A stretch of DNA of 61,644 nt, filler included. It is 5 parts of 5 records of this genome, joined end to end, with 100 filler letters (N's around TTAATTAATTAA, not from the genome) between each part and the next. Parts side by side here need not be neighbours in the genome. Positions count along the whole stretch, not along the records: positions 1 to 24,245 come from DRR378314_750; positions 24,346 to 40,189 come from DRR378314_757; 3 more parts are not named here. One strand, written 5' to 3'. Shown piece after piece: positions 17,958 through 28,088 of this stretch (positions within the stretch are counted from its first letter, which is position 1; each line of letters starts with the position of its first letter). Made by a program: the position numbers and the translations under genes. The notes beneath the pieces are model-generated. The model saw only the letters and a list, made by a program, of their open reading frames with translations. It was not told the origin of the DNA and ran no database searches.

Positions 17958-19617
17958 AAAATTCCGCATCAAGCGGAATACGCCGACATCCGATGCCCCC
18001 CGCCAAAGCGCCTCTGCTGCGGTGCCCAAGGCCGTGCCAGACCCGCAACAGCCGCAGGCCCAGCCGGAAGCGGCAGCGCCTACGCCACCACAGGCCGCGC
18101 AACCGGCTGCGCCCTCCTCCACGCCACCGCGCGAAGGAGCCGTTTCCTCTGCCGCTGAAGTCGCTGGCGAAACCGATATCGACGCAATCCGCCGCGAGGG
18201 GCTGACCGGGCGTCAGCTGCGCATGGCCCGACGGGTTGCACAAAAACACGATCTGGCACCGATCTCTGATTTTGATGCCGTGCGTTTGCTGCGTGCAAAA
18301 GGAATTGATCCCTTTGAACGCTCAAACATGCTTGAACTTGTCGTTCCTCAGGGGGACGGCACGGATGGTTCCCAGCAATTGGGCCGGATCGAAACCACCA
18401 AAACCCAATTGCCGCAAACAGTGCCCGCCGGTGGCAGCAACCTTCCTGCTACAGAGGTCAGCCCGGCAGAACGCCGCGCGCTTGAAATCTCGCAAATCCA
18501 GCGTGACATTTCCAAGCGCAGACGGCGCAAACTGGGCCTTTTGCTGGTGCGTCTGGCGTTTTTCGTCATGTTGCCAACCATTGCCGCCGGCTATTATTTC
18601 TACAATGTGGCAACCCCGATGTACGCCACCAACAGCCAATTTCTGATCATTCAAAGCGAAGGCGGCGGCGGGGCCAGCCCGTTTGGCAGCATCCTGCCGA
18701 CACAATTTGCAAACTCTGCCGACAGCATCGCCACACAGGCCTATCTGCAATCCAAAGACGCCATGTTGCGTCTGGATCAGGATGTCGGTTTCAAGGATCA
18801 CTTTTCCGATGAAGCGATCGATCCTATCCAGAGGTTGGAAGCCGGGGCCACCAATGAAGAGGCTTATAAGACCTACAAAAAGAATGTGAAAATCGGCTAT
18901 GATCCCACGGAAGGAGTAATCCGCCTGGAAGTTATCGCAGGTGATCCGAATGTATCCGCCTCTTTCTCTGAAAGCCTGATCAAATATGCCGAAGAGCGGG
19001 TGAACAACCTGTCCAAACAGAAACGCGAAGACGGCATGCGGGACGCTTTGGCCGGCTTTGACACGGCGCAACAGAAACGCCGCGATGCGCAAGAGGCCCT
19101 GATCCGCATGCAGGTTGAAAACGGCGTTGATCCGCAGGCCGAGATTGTCGCGATCCGCACCCAGATCACCACCTATGAGGGGTTGTTGATCGAAAAGGAA
19201 CTTGAGTTGTCCGCCCTTCTGGACAACGCCCGCCCCAACCAGGCCAAGGTGGACGGCGCACGCGGCGATGTCCGCCGCCTTGAGGAACAGCTGGAAAAGC
19301 TGAAGGAAAAGATGAGCACGTCGACCACGGGTGAAAATTCGCTGGCAGAGCAATCCGTGCGCATGCAACTGGCACAAACCGATCTGGCCGCCGCCGACAT
19401 GGTCCTGCAATCCGCCCAGACCGCCATGGATCAGGCCCGCTCTGAAGCGGGCCGGCAGGTACGCTATCTGACCGTTGCGGTTGAACCCGTTGCTCCGCAG
19501 GAACCCACCTATCCGCGTAAATTCGAAAACACGATCTTGGCTTTCCTGATCTTTGCAGGCATCTACCTTATGTTGTCCCTGACAGCGTCGATCCTCAGAG
19601 AACAGGTAACTTCATGA
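17935..19617 (+). CDS. kpsE: Capsule export inner-membrane protein (KpsE-like) with long Pro/Ala-rich N-terminal extension
   Basis: TM FVMLPTIAAGYYF, coiled coil, RYLTVAVEP...TYPR, C-terminal TM; overlaps kpsT and kdsA. Confidence 0.82.
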   Translation: MTTKPKARKFRIKRNTPTSDAPRQSASAAVPKAVPDPQQPQAQPEAAAPTPPQAAQPAAPSSTPPREGAVSSAAEVAGETDIDAIRREGLTGRQLRMARRVAQKHDLAPISDFDAVRLLRAKGIDPFERSNMLELVVPQGDGTDGSQQLGRIETTKTQLPQTVPAGGSNLPATEVSPAERRALEISQIQRDISKRRRRKLGLLLVRLAFFVMLPTIAAGYYFYNVATPMYATNSQFLIIQSEGGGGASPFGSILPTQFANSADSIATQAYLQSKDAMLRLDQDVGFKDHFSDEAIDPIQRLEAGATNEEAYKTYKKNVKIGYDPTEGVIRLEVIAGDPNVSASFSESLIKYAEERVNNLSKQKREDGMRDALAGFDTAQQKRRDAQEALIRMQVENGVDPQAEIVAIRTQITTYEGLLIEKELELSALLDNARPNQAKVDGARGDVRRLEEQLEKLKEKMSTSTTGENSLAEQSVRMQLAQTDLAAADMVLQSAQTAMDQARSEAGRQVRYLTVAVEPVAPQEPTYPRKFENTILAFLIFAGIYLMLSLTASILREQVTS

Positions 19618-20447
19618 CCCAGGTCACAATTGGTGATGTCATCATTGGCAACGACCGTCCGCTGACGGTCATCGCTGGCCCATGCCAACTCGAAAGCGAA
19701 ACCCACGCGCAGATGATTGCGGGCCAGCTGAAAGAGGCCTGTGCCGCCGTTGGCGCGCAATATGTGTTCAAGGCCAGCTATGACAAGGCCAACCGCACCT
19801 CCCTTGCCGGCATTCGCGGCTTGGGCATCGACGAGGGCCTAAAGGTTCTGCAATCTGTTGCCCGTGCCAATGATGTGCCGGTGCTGACAGACGTGCACAC
19901 CGAAGCGCAATGCGCGATTGCCGCCGAGGTTGTGGACATCCTGCAAATTCCTGCCTTCCTGTGTCGCCAGACCGACATGCTTCTGGCGGCAGGTAACACT
20001 GGCAAAGTGGTGAATGTGAAAAAAGGCCAATGGCTTGCCCCTTGGGAAATGAGCAACATTGTCGACAAGATTGAATCAACCGGCAATGAACGCATCCTGC
20101 TGACCGAGCGTGGCACCTCCTTTGGCTATAACACCCTTGTGGCGGACATGCGTTCGCTACCGCAAATGGCGCAGACCGGATATCCCGTGGTGATGGATGC
20201 CACCCATTCTGTCGCCCAACCCGGTGGCCTTGGTGGGTCTTCCGGTGGCCAACGCGAATTCGCCCCAGTGATGGCGCGGGCCGCAGTCGCCATTGGCGTT
20301 GCCGCAGTGTTTCTTGAAACACATGAGAACCCCGATAAGGCACCCAGCGACGGGCCCAACTCCATCTATCTTGACCAGATGCCAAACCTCATCGCAACGC
20401 TGATGAAATTTGATGCCCTGGCCAAGAAACATCCCCTGACATTCTAA
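19614..20447 (+). CDS. kdsA: KDO8P synthase
   Basis: IAGPCQLE, KASYDKANRTS, QIPAFLCRQTD, ERG, DATHSV, SDGP. Confidence 0.97.
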   Translation: MTQVTIGDVIIGNDRPLTVIAGPCQLESETHAQMIAGQLKEACAAVGAQYVFKASYDKANRTSLAGIRGLGIDEGLKVLQSVARANDVPVLTDVHTEAQCAIAAEVVDILQIPAFLCRQTDMLLAAGNTGKVVNVKKGQWLAPWEMSNIVDKIESTGNERILLTERGTSFGYNTLVADMRSLPQMAQTGYPVVMDATHSVAQPGGLGGSSGGQREFAPVMARAAVAIGVAAVFLETHENPDKAPSDGPNSIYLDQMPNLIATLMKFDALAKKHPLTF

Positions 20448-20479
20448 AGCCCCCATTTTCTAGAAAAAGGCGTCCCGAC

Positions 20480-21976
20480 GTGAGCAAACCCGCCCCTTCC
20501 GTTTCTCAGAACACCTGGGAATTCCTGCGTGACGCAATGATCACACCCACTGGTTTCCGCGAATATGACGCCCGCTGGAAATACCCTGACGACATCAACC
20601 TGCCGGGCATCACCGCCCTTGGCCTTGGCCTTGGCACCCAGATGCACCGCCGTGGCATCGAACCGGTGATCGCGGTTGGCAATGACTATCGCGACTACTC
20701 GCTGTCGATCAAAAACGCGCTGATGCTGGGGCTGATGCAGGCCGGTATCCACGTCAAGGACATTGGCCCCGCCGTGTCCCCCATGGCCTATTTTGCACAG
20801 TTCCACCTGAATGCCCCTGCCGTCGCCATGGTCACCGCCTCGCATAACCCAAACGGCTGGACCGGCGTGAAGATGGGGTTCGAACGCCCCCTCACCCATG
20901 GTCCTGAGGAAATGGCCGAATTGCGCGACATCGTGCTGACAGGTCAGGGCCAGCCCCGCGATGGCGGCAAATACGAATTTGTTGACGGTGTGCGCGCGGC
21001 CTATCTTGACGATCTGGTGGGTGATTTCAAAATGACCCGCAAGCTCAAGGTGGTCTGCGCCACGGGCAACGGCACGGCCTCCGCCTTTGGTCCCGAACTC
21101 TTCAAACGGATCGGTGTCGAAGTGGTCGATAGCCACAACACCCTTGACTACACCTTCCCCAACTACAATCCCAATCCCGAAGCCATGGAGATGCTGCACG
21201 ACATGAGCGCCTCCGTGAAAGCCTCCGGCGCTGACTTCGCGCTTGGTTTTGACGGCGACGGCGACCGCTGCGGCGTGGTGGATGATGAGGGCGAGGAAAT
21301 ATTCGCCGACAAGGTCGGCGTCATCATGGCCCGCGATCTGGCCAAACTCTATCCCAATGCAACCTTTGTCGCGGATGTGAAATCAACCGGCCTCTTTGCG
21401 TCGGACCCAGAGCTTCAGAAACACGGCATCAAAGCCGACTACTGGAAAACCGGCCACAGCCATATGAAACGCCGCGTCAAGGAAATCGGCGCATTGGCGG
21501 GTTTTGAAAAATCCGGTCACTACTTCCTCGGCGAACCCATCGGGCGCGGCTACGACTGCGGCATGCGGGTGGCGGTGGAAATCTGCAAACTGATGGACCG
21601 CAACCCCGAGATGTCCATGTCCGACCTGCGCAAAGCGCTGCCGCAAACATGGGCCACCCCCACCATGTCACCCTATGCATCAGACGAGGATAAATATGAT
21701 ATCCTTGACCGCATTGTCGCCAAACTGGTCGCCAAACGCGATGCCGGCGAAGAGATCGCCGGCCGCAACATCAAGGAAGTGGTCACCGTCAACGGCGCGC
21801 GCCTGATCCTCGACAATGGCGCATGGGGCCTTGTACGGGCCTCCTCCAACACGCCCAACCTTGTTGTGGTCTGCGAAAGCCCCGAATCCGAAGCGGAAAT
21901 GCGGGCGATCTTCAAAGATCTTGATGCGGTCATCCGCACCGAACCCGGCGTTGGCGAATATGACCAGACCATCTAA
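20480..21976 (+). CDS. Phosphomannomutase/phosphoglucomutase
   Basis: GFREYDAR, TASHNP phosphoserine loop, FDGDGDR metal loop, FEKSGH, RASSN. Confidence 0.93.
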   Translation: MSKPAPSVSQNTWEFLRDAMITPTGFREYDARWKYPDDINLPGITALGLGLGTQMHRRGIEPVIAVGNDYRDYSLSIKNALMLGLMQAGIHVKDIGPAVSPMAYFAQFHLNAPAVAMVTASHNPNGWTGVKMGFERPLTHGPEEMAELRDIVLTGQGQPRDGGKYEFVDGVRAAYLDDLVGDFKMTRKLKVVCATGNGTASAFGPELFKRIGVEVVDSHNTLDYTFPNYNPNPEAMEMLHDMSASVKASGADFALGFDGDGDRCGVVDDEGEEIFADKVGVIMARDLAKLYPNATFVADVKSTGLFASDPELQKHGIKADYWKTGHSHMKRRVKEIGALAGFEKSGHYFLGEPIGRGYDCGMRVAVEICKLMDRNPEMSMSDLRKALPQTWATPTMSPYASDEDKYDILDRIVAKLVAKRDAGEEIAGRNIKEVVTVNGARLILDNGAWGLVRASSNTPNLVVVCESPESEAEMRAIFKDLDAVIRTEPGVGEYDQTI

Positions 21977-22000
21977 CATTTTGATGACGCGCTGAACATC

Positions 22001-22124
22001 CAAGCATCGCCTTGCAGTCGAGCAACGACAAGGCAGAGCGGTGCTTGATAAGGTCAAACGCCACCAACAGGCGCTCTTCTCTTTTTGGCCTTAAATGCTG
22101 CGGGGTTTGGGGCAGAGCCCCAAA
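22001..22124. repeat. Structured intergenic element between convergent genes (REP-like hairpins)
   Basis: Long hairpin CAAGCATCGC...GCGGTGCTTG 22001-22047; TTTGGGGC-AGA-GCCCCAAA 22106-22124 preceded by CTTCTCTTTTTGGCCTTAAAT. Confidence 0.5.
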
Positions 22125-22154
22125 TGAATCAAATCGAATGCAGGCTTTGCCTGC

Positions 22155-22802
22155 TCAATCTGCAAGGGCAGCGTCACAAAACGCCTGTATCAAACCGGCA
22201 TCCTTCACCCCCGGTGCCGATTCCACTGCGGATGACAGATCAACCTGCCGCGCCCCTGTCACCCGGATCGCCTCGGCCACTGTGTCGGCGTTCAACCCGC
22301 CAGCCAGCATCCACGGCAGGCTCCAGCGCCGTCCGGCAATCAAACTCCAGTCAAAGGCCAGACCATTCCCACCCGGCAGAGCCGCGTCTTTCGGCGGCTT
22401 GGTATCCACCAGCAGCTGATCCGCCACCTGTGTATAGCGGTCCAGTGCCAGCAGATCATCTGCCCCGGCCACACCAACCGCCTTCATCACTGGCAAACCG
22501 TAGCGCTGCTTGATCTCGGCCACCCGCTCGGGTGTTTCGCCCCCGTGCAGCTGGATCATATCAAGCGGCACTGTCCCTGTCAGCGCATCCAGCTCTGCAT
22601 CTGTCGGGTTCACAACCAAACCCACCTTGCAGATCCCCTCAGCCGTGCCCAGCGCCAATGCCCGCGCCTGCTCCAGCGTGGCATAGCGTGGCGATTTGGG
22701 GAAAAAGTTCAGACCGATATAGCGCGCACCAGCCTTGACCGAGGCGTCAATATCCTGCGCCCGCGTGACGCCGCAAATCTTTACATTGATGTTCGAGGGC
22801 AT
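22155..22802 (-). CDS. trpF: Phosphoribosylanthranilate isomerase
   Basis: [46 protein letters not shown]. Confidence 0.96.
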   Translation of the reverse strand: MPSNINVKICGVTRAQDIDASVKAGARYIGLNFFPKSPRYATLEQARALALGTAEGICKVGLVVNPTDAELDALTGTVPLDMIQLHGGETPERVAEIKQRYGLPVMKAVGVAGADDLLALDRYTQVADQLLVDTKPPKDAALPGGNGLAFDWSLIAGRRWSLPWMLAGGLNADTVAEAIRVTGARQVDLSSAVESAPGVKDAGLIQAFCDAALAD

Positions 22803-22810
22803 GGCCAGGC

Positions 22811-23161
22811 TCAGCTGGCCTCGTCCAACAGCGCAAGGACCTCATCCTTGCCCTGATGCTTTTCGCCCTTCAGCCGCGCAATCTCGCGTTCCAGCTTGCG
22901 GGTTTCACGTGCCAGCCGCGCCTTTTCAGCCCGTTCGCCGTATTCGCGGATCCATTCCCAGACAAACCCGACCAAGAGACCAGCGACAATGCTGCCAAGG
23001 ATCACCAGAAACAGCGGCAATTGCACGGAAGGATTCACCGCGAACCAGCCAGCAACCTCTTGCGGCAGCACCTGCAAAGTCACTAGCCCACGGTTCGCCA
23101 AAGCAACCGAAATCAGCGCCACGGCAAAAATCGCGATGCACAGGTAACGTACGTAACGCAT
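22811..23161 (-). CDS. LapA family (lipopolysaccharide assembly protein A domain) membrane protein
   Basis: Two TM segments plus coiled-coil tail, at the usual position after ihfB. Confidence 0.8.
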   Translation of the reverse strand: MRYVRYLCIAIFAVALISVALANRGLVTLQVLPQEVAGWFAVNPSVQLPLFLVILGSIVAGLLVGFVWEWIREYGERAEKARLARETRKLEREIARLKGEKHQGKDEVLALLDEAS

Positions 23162-23445
23162 CAGGTATTCCCGTTCAGGCGATCACGCAGCAGCTTGCCG
23201 GTCTTGAAAAACGGCACGTGTTTTTCTTCCACATGTACCGTTTCTCCGGTCCGCGGGTTGCGGCCCACACGGGCGTCACGCTTCTTGACCGAAAAGGCCC
23301 CAAAGCCACGCAATTCGACACGGTTGCCACCCGACATCGCTGTCGTGATCTCGTCAAAGATGGTGTTCACAATCCGTTCGACATCGCGTTGGTAAAGATG
23401 TGGATTCTCATCTGCAATCTTCTGGATCAATTCCGACCGGATCAT
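23161..23445 (-). CDS. ihfB: Integration host factor subunit beta
   Basis: MIRSELI...[11 protein letters not shown]...GRNPRTGE...[14 protein letters not shown]. Confidence 0.97.
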   Translation of the reverse strand: MIRSELIQKIADENPHLYQRDVERIVNTIFDEITTAMSGGNRVELRGFGAFSVKKRDARVGRNPRTGETVHVEEKHVPFFKTGKLLRDRLNGNT

Positions 23446-23663
23446 TTTCGCATCCCCCCACGAGACATTTGTTGTTGGCAGATTGTACCTGACTATAGGA
23501 AGAAACCAATCCTACGGGAAGCCGCCGCAGTGTCGCAGATCGCATTTTTCCACGGGGAACATGCTGTTTTTGGACGTTTTTTTGCCGGCTCTCAATGCCG
23601 TCTGTGCAAAGCGGCCACCGCCACCGGGGAAAAGTGCAAATCCGGGCCGGGCGATTCGCAACG

Positions 23664-23695
23664 AAAAAGGCCCCCCGCACAAGCGAGGGGCCTTT
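23664..23695 (-). terminator. Intrinsic terminator after rpsA
   Basis: Minus strand AAAGGCCCC-TCGCTTGTGCGG-GGGGCCTTTTT. Confidence 0.8.
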
Positions 23696-23722
23696 CAAAT
23701 TCATACCCGAAGGAAGGGTGAC

Positions 23723-24245
23723 TTATTCATCGCCCTTCAGAGCGGCACCAAGGATATCACCCAAGGATGCACCGGAGTCAGAGGAGCCATACTGCTCAAC
23801 CGCTTCTTTCTCTTCTGCGATTTCACGCGCTTTGATCGAGACGCCAAGACGGTGTGCTTTTGCATCCACATTTGTGATGCGCACGTCGACCTTGTCACCA
23901 ACCGAGAAACGCTCTGGGCGCTGTTCGGCACGGTCACGCGACAGATCGGAGCGGCGGATGAAGGCTTTCATACCTTCGTATTCCACTTCGATGCCGCCAT
24001 CCTCGATGGAGGTCACGGTCACAGTCACAACAGAACCGCGCTTCACGCCGCCCACTGCTTCTGCGAACTTGTCACCGCCGACACCTTTGATCGAGAGGCT
24101 GATGCGCTCTTTCTCAACGTCAACTTCGGAAACAACGGCCTGAACTGTGTCGCCCTTGCGATAGTCCTGAATGGCTTCTTCGCCACGCTGGTCCCATGAC
24201 AGGTCGGACAGGTGCACCATGCCGTCGATGTCGCCTTCGAGGCCA
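23723..24245 (-). CDS. rpsA: 30S ribosomal protein S1 (C-terminal part; contig break)
   Basis: DGMVHLSDLSW, KERISLSIK S1 repeats; YGSSDSGASLGDILGAAL terminus. Confidence 0.96.
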
Positions 24246-24345
24246 NNNNNNNNNNNNNNNNNNNNNNNNNNNNNNNNNNNNNNNNNNNNTTAATTAATTA
24301 ANNNNNNNNNNNNNNNNNNNNNNNNNNNNNNNNNNNNNNNNNNNN
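24246..24345. other. Artificial contig-joining spacer
   Basis: 44 N + TTAATTAATTAA (stops in six frames) + 44 N; identical at four positions. Confidence 0.98.
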
Positions 24346-24347
24346 AA

Positions 24348-24485
24348 TTAACAGTTAACAGTTAACAGTTAACAGCGAAAACAGCGCGCACCGACCGACG
24401 TCTGCGCGATAGCAGTGTTTGTCATGCGTTTTTGCAACGGTTTTTTGACGTTAGCTGTTAACTGTTCACTATTAACTGTCAACTG
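24348..24485. repeat. Inverted pair of heptamer tandem arrays
   Basis: (TTAACAG)4 at 24348-24375; CTGTTAA CTGTTCA CTATTAA CTGTCAA CTG at 24455-24485. Confidence 0.9.
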
Positions 24486-24487
24486 AT

Positions 24488-27034
24488 TTATTTGTCCGCT
24501 TCGGTGCCTTTGGCGGTGTTGCCGTCGTCCTGGGCGTCGTGCTCGGCGGTTTCCGCCAGCGCCCGTTCCAGCTCGGGCACGCGGGTGACGCGCTGGATCG
24601 CCTGGCTGATGTCCGGGCTGAGGATGCGACGGGCTTCGTCGTCCAGGGCGCGCAGGTTGTCGCCGAAGCACAGCGCCTTGTCGTCGTCCTGCCAGACCAG
24701 GTCGGTATCGCGCAGCTGGTTGATGAAGTTGCGCAGCACCACCTTGTCGAAGAATTCCGGGGAATTGAATTCGTACAGCAGCGACAGCCGCTGGGCGGTG
24801 TGGTGGGCCAGATCGCTGAGGGCGTCGGCGTCCAGCCTGCCGCTGCCGTACTGCACCAGCAGCCGGATGGTCAGGTAGAAGCGCTCCAGGGACGGCATCA
24901 CCGTCTGCCCCAGGTGCGCCAGCATGTCCGACGCATAGGTGTGGATCGCGGCGCCGTGCAGGCAGTCGTCCTCGCGGCTCACCAGGCCGTGCTCTTCCAG
25001 CACCGAGGCGATGCGCTCCACCGCCGCCGGCAGTTCGCCGTCCTCGCGCCAGTGCAGCAGGTATTCGTTGCGGAAGAACGGGTAGAGCAGGGCGATCATG
25101 CTTTGCAGCATGTCCATGCGGATGCTGCGCGCGTTCAGGAACAGCGAGCAGATCAGCCCCGGCAGGACGAACAGGTGCAGGCTGTTGTTGCGCACATAGG
25201 CCATCTGCAGGGCGGTTTTCGGGTCGGTGGTGACCACGTCGCCGAGCGGGTGGGCGACGCGGATCAGGAATTCGTGCTCCAGCCCGTACTCGATGATCAC
25301 GTCCGGATCGTTCTCCGCCAGCCGCGCGGTGTCGCTGTAGGGCGCCTGATCGAGCAGGTTGATGTAGAGCTGCAGTTGCTGGCGCAGTTGCTGCAGGTCC
25401 ATGGTGTGCTTGGGCGTGGCCAGCAGCGCCAGGCTGATCAGGTTCACCGGGTTGGCGACGGCGGCGGCGTTGATGCCGGTGACCACGTCGCGGCCCAGGT
25501 TGTTGATGGTGGTTTTGAACCAGTCCGGGGTTTCGTGCACTGACAGCTCTTCGTTGCGCCAGCCTTCCCGGTGGCTGTCCAGGTAGTCCACCAGCTTGAT
25601 CGGCTCACCGAAGTTCACGTGCACCTGGCCGAAATGGCTGCGCAGCACCTTGAGCGATTTCATCAGGCCGCCCACGGATTCTTTTTTCTTTTTGCCGCCG
25701 TGCAGTTCGCCGATGTAGGAGCCGCCTTCGATCACTTTTTCGTAGCCGATATAGACCGGCACGAAGGCGATCGGTTTGCGCGCGTCGCGCAGGAAGCTGC
25801 GCACCGTCATCGCCAGCATGCCGGTACGCGGCTGCAGCATGCGGCCGCTGCGGCTGCGGCCGCCTTCCACGAAATACTCAATGGAGAAGCCCTGGGTGGT
25901 GATGCTGTGCAGGTACTCGTAGAACACCGCCGCGTACAGCGGGTTGTCGCGGAAGCTGCGGCGCATGAAGAAAGCGCCGCCCCGGCGCAGGATGGTGCCC
26001 ACCACCGGCAGGTTCAGGTTGATGCCGGCGGCGATGTGCGGCGGCACCAGGCCGTTGCGGTAGACCACGAACGACAGCAGCAGATAGTCGATGTGGCTGC
26101 GGTGGCAGGGCACGTAAATGATTTCGTGGTCGCGGGCCACCTGGGTGAGGTTGTCCAGATTATACAGGCGGATGCCGTCATAGAGGCGGTTCCACAGCCA
26201 GTTGAGAAACAGCTCCAGCGCGCGGATGGTGGTGTGCGAATAGTCCGCCGCGATCTCCATCGCGTAGCCGCGCGCCCGCGCCAGGGTTTTGTCCTCGCTT
26301 TCCTTGTTCTCTTCGGCGGTGTGCTGGATCGCCTCGCGCACCGACGCGGCTTCCATGATCGAGTTGGTGAGCGTCCGCCGGTGGGACAGGTCCGGGCCGA
26401 TGGCGGCTTCCTGCTGGCGGCGGAAGTGCACGCGCAGAATCCGCGACGTCTTGCGCACCACCTGGTCGTCGGAGCGGCACTGGTCGACCAGCTGGCGCAG
26501 CGACATGGGCGAGCTGAACTGCACGTAAAGGTCGCGACCCTGGGTCAGCACGATGAAGAATTTCTTGATAAAGCCCGGCGGCGACCAGTTGTCGGAGAAG
26601 ATAATCCGCCACAGGGAATTCTCTTTTTCCGGCTGGCGGCCCCAGAACACCGACACCGGCACCAGCTGCACATCCAGTTCCGGGTTGTGCTTGAGGCCGG
26701 ACACCAGCCGCTGCAGTCGCGCCGGGGTGATCGCCCGGCGCTGACGGCTGATGGTGGTTTCCCGCTTGTAGAGGTGGAAGTAACTGCGCGACAGATGCTG
26801 CTTGCCCAGGGTCAGCGACGCCTTGGGGGCGCGCAGCCCGAGCCGGCGCGCCGCCTGGTCGGCCACCGCCGCGTCCGCCAGGGAGCGGTCGCGCAGCACA
26901 TACACCACCGGTATGTCCGGGTTCAGCTGCAGTTCGGCGGGGTCGCCGGGCAGCGCGCGGATACGCGTGCACAGACGCATAAAAGCGCGAATCAGCAGGA
27001 AAAAGAGTCGATCAAGTCCTAACCAGGGCGTCAT
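24488..27034 (-). CDS. plsB: Glycerol-3-phosphate 1-O-acyltransferase
   Basis: YVPCHRSHIDYLL (HxxxxD), AAGINL, GAFFMRR, YFVEGGRSRSG, PEFFDK. Start set at MTPWLG. Confidence 0.95.
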   Translation of the reverse strand: MTPWLGLDRLFFLLIRAFMRLCTRIRALPGDPAELQLNPDIPVVYVLRDRSLADAAVADQAARRLGLRAPKASLTLGKQHLSRSYFHLYKRETTISRQRRAITPARLQRLVSGLKHNPELDVQLVPVSVFWGRQPEKENSLWRIIFSDNWSPPGFIKKFFIVLTQGRDLYVQFSSPMSLRQLVDQCRSDDQVVRKTSRILRVHFRRQQEAAIGPDLSHRRTLTNSIMEAASVREAIQHTAEENKESEDKTLARARGYAMEIAADYSHTTIRALELFLNWLWNRLYDGIRLYNLDNLTQVARDHEIIYVPCHRSHIDYLLLSFVVYRNGLVPPHIAAGINLNLPVVGTILRRGGAFFMRRSFRDNPLYAAVFYEYLHSITTQGFSIEYFVEGGRSRSGRMLQPRTGMLAMTVRSFLRDARKPIAFVPVYIGYEKVIEGGSYIGELHGGKKKKESVGGLMKSLKVLRSHFGQVHVNFGEPIKLVDYLDSHREGWRNEELSVHETPDWFKTTINNLGRDVVTGINAAAVANPVNLISLALLATPKHTMDLQQLRQQLQLYINLLDQAPYSDTARLAENDPDVIIEYGLEHEFLIRVAHPLGDVVTTDPKTALQMAYVRNNSLHLFVLPGLICSLFLNARSIRMDMLQSMIALLYPFFRNEYLLHWREDGELPAAVERIASVLEEHGLVSREDDCLHGAAIHTYASDMLAHLGQTVMPSLERFYLTIRLLVQYGSGRLDADALSDLAHHTAQRLSLLYEFNSPEFFDKVVLRNFINQLRDTDLVWQDDDKALCFGDNLRALDDEARRILSPDISQAIQRVTRVPELERALAETAEHDAQDDGNTAKGTEADK

Positions 27035-27218
27035 AAGGGCCGAAACTGTGGGAAAAGGTTTGTGAATTCTACCTAAAGGGCGGGCCCCCGGACATAACCG
27101 GATATTGCAAGATGTTACCGTCCGTCGAACGCCTGAGCGGTGCCGGTGTGGCCCCTGTCCGGGGCCCGGGATGTTGCTACAATCACGGTCTTTCCATTGC
27201 TTGCAGAGGAAGTCCAAC

Positions 27219-28088
27219 GTGTCCGAGCATCAGGCCGGTATTTTCGACCGCAGTTTCACCGAGCATTTGTTCCTGGAATTCGCCCTGGGGGGCGGCCATT
27301 CGGTTGAAGCGGTGCGCGCCGCCCTGCGCGAGGCGCTGGCGGTGGCCGGGGAACGCACCCCGGTGCTGATGGCGTTCGGCCCGGGGCTGTGGGACCGGCT
27401 CGGCGAGGGCTTCGACTTTCCGCCGTTCTCCCTGGAGGGCATGGTGCCCGCTACCCAGGGCGACCTGCTGATCTGGATTCAGGCGGACAACCGCAGCGCG
27501 CTGTTCGATGCCGGCCTGCGGGTGCACCGGCTGTTGGCGCGTGAGCTGGATCTGCAACTGGAAGTGCAGGCGTTCGTCTACCACGACCTGCGTGACCTGT
27601 CCGGCTTTGTCGACGGCATCGGCAACCCGGAGGGCGAGCGCGCCAAGGAGGCGGCCATCATCCCCGAGCCGCACCCGGCGGCCGGCGGCAGCTGGGTGCT
27701 GAGCCAGAAATGGGTGCATACCGGTCTCGAGGACTTCCATAAATTGCCGGAAGCGGAGCAGGAGAACGTGTTCGGCCGCACCAAGGCGGACGCGGTGGAA
27801 TTCGACGACGAGCGCATGCCCGTCAACGCCCATGTGGGGCGCACCGACGTGGACTACCACGGCGTGCCGCAAAAAATCTGGCGGCGCTCGGTGCCCTACG
27901 GCAACACCACCGAATACGGGCTCTATTTTATTGCGTTCAGTTGCGAGCTGGACCGCTTCGACTATCTGCTGCGCCGCATGTACGGCCTGACCGATGACGG
28001 CGTCCGCGACCGCCTGCTGGACTTCACCCAGCCGGTGACCGGTGCCTGGTGGTATGCGCCCACGCGGGAGTGGCTGGCGGCGCTGTGA
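27219..28088 (+). CDS. Dyp-type peroxidase
   Basis: RDLSGFVDGIGNP, GGS..QKWVH, proximal His in NAHV, IWRRSVPYG, DRLLDFT. GTG start after GAGGA. Confidence 0.93.
   Translation: MSEHQAGIFDRSFTEHLFLEFALGGGHSVEAVRAALREALAVAGERTPVLMAFGPGLWDRLGEGFDFPPFSLEGMVPATQGDLLIWIQADNRSALFDAGLRVHRLLARELDLQLEVQAFVYHDLRDLSGFVDGIGNPEGERAKEAAIIPEPHPAAGGSWVLSQKWVHTGLEDFHKLPEAEQENVFGRTKADAVEFDDERMPVNAHVGRTDVDYHGVPQKIWRRSVPYGNTTEYGLYFIAFSCELDRFDYLLRRMYGLTDDGVRDRLLDFTQPVTGAWWYAPTREWLAAL

Noticed and set aside
24290-24301. TTAATTAATTAA palindrome repeated four times as a biological repeat or CtrA-like site
   Set aside because: Always centred in 88 Ns; it is a six-frame-stop assembly linker.
24348-24485. CRISPR array, rRNA or tRNA here or elsewhere in the window
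   Set aside because: The heptamers have no spacers. I saw no repeat-spacer arrays, cas genes, rRNA or tRNA by eye.
27219-28088. Dyp peroxidase as encapsulin cargo
   Set aside because: No C-terminal targeting extension and no encapsulin gene adjacent.
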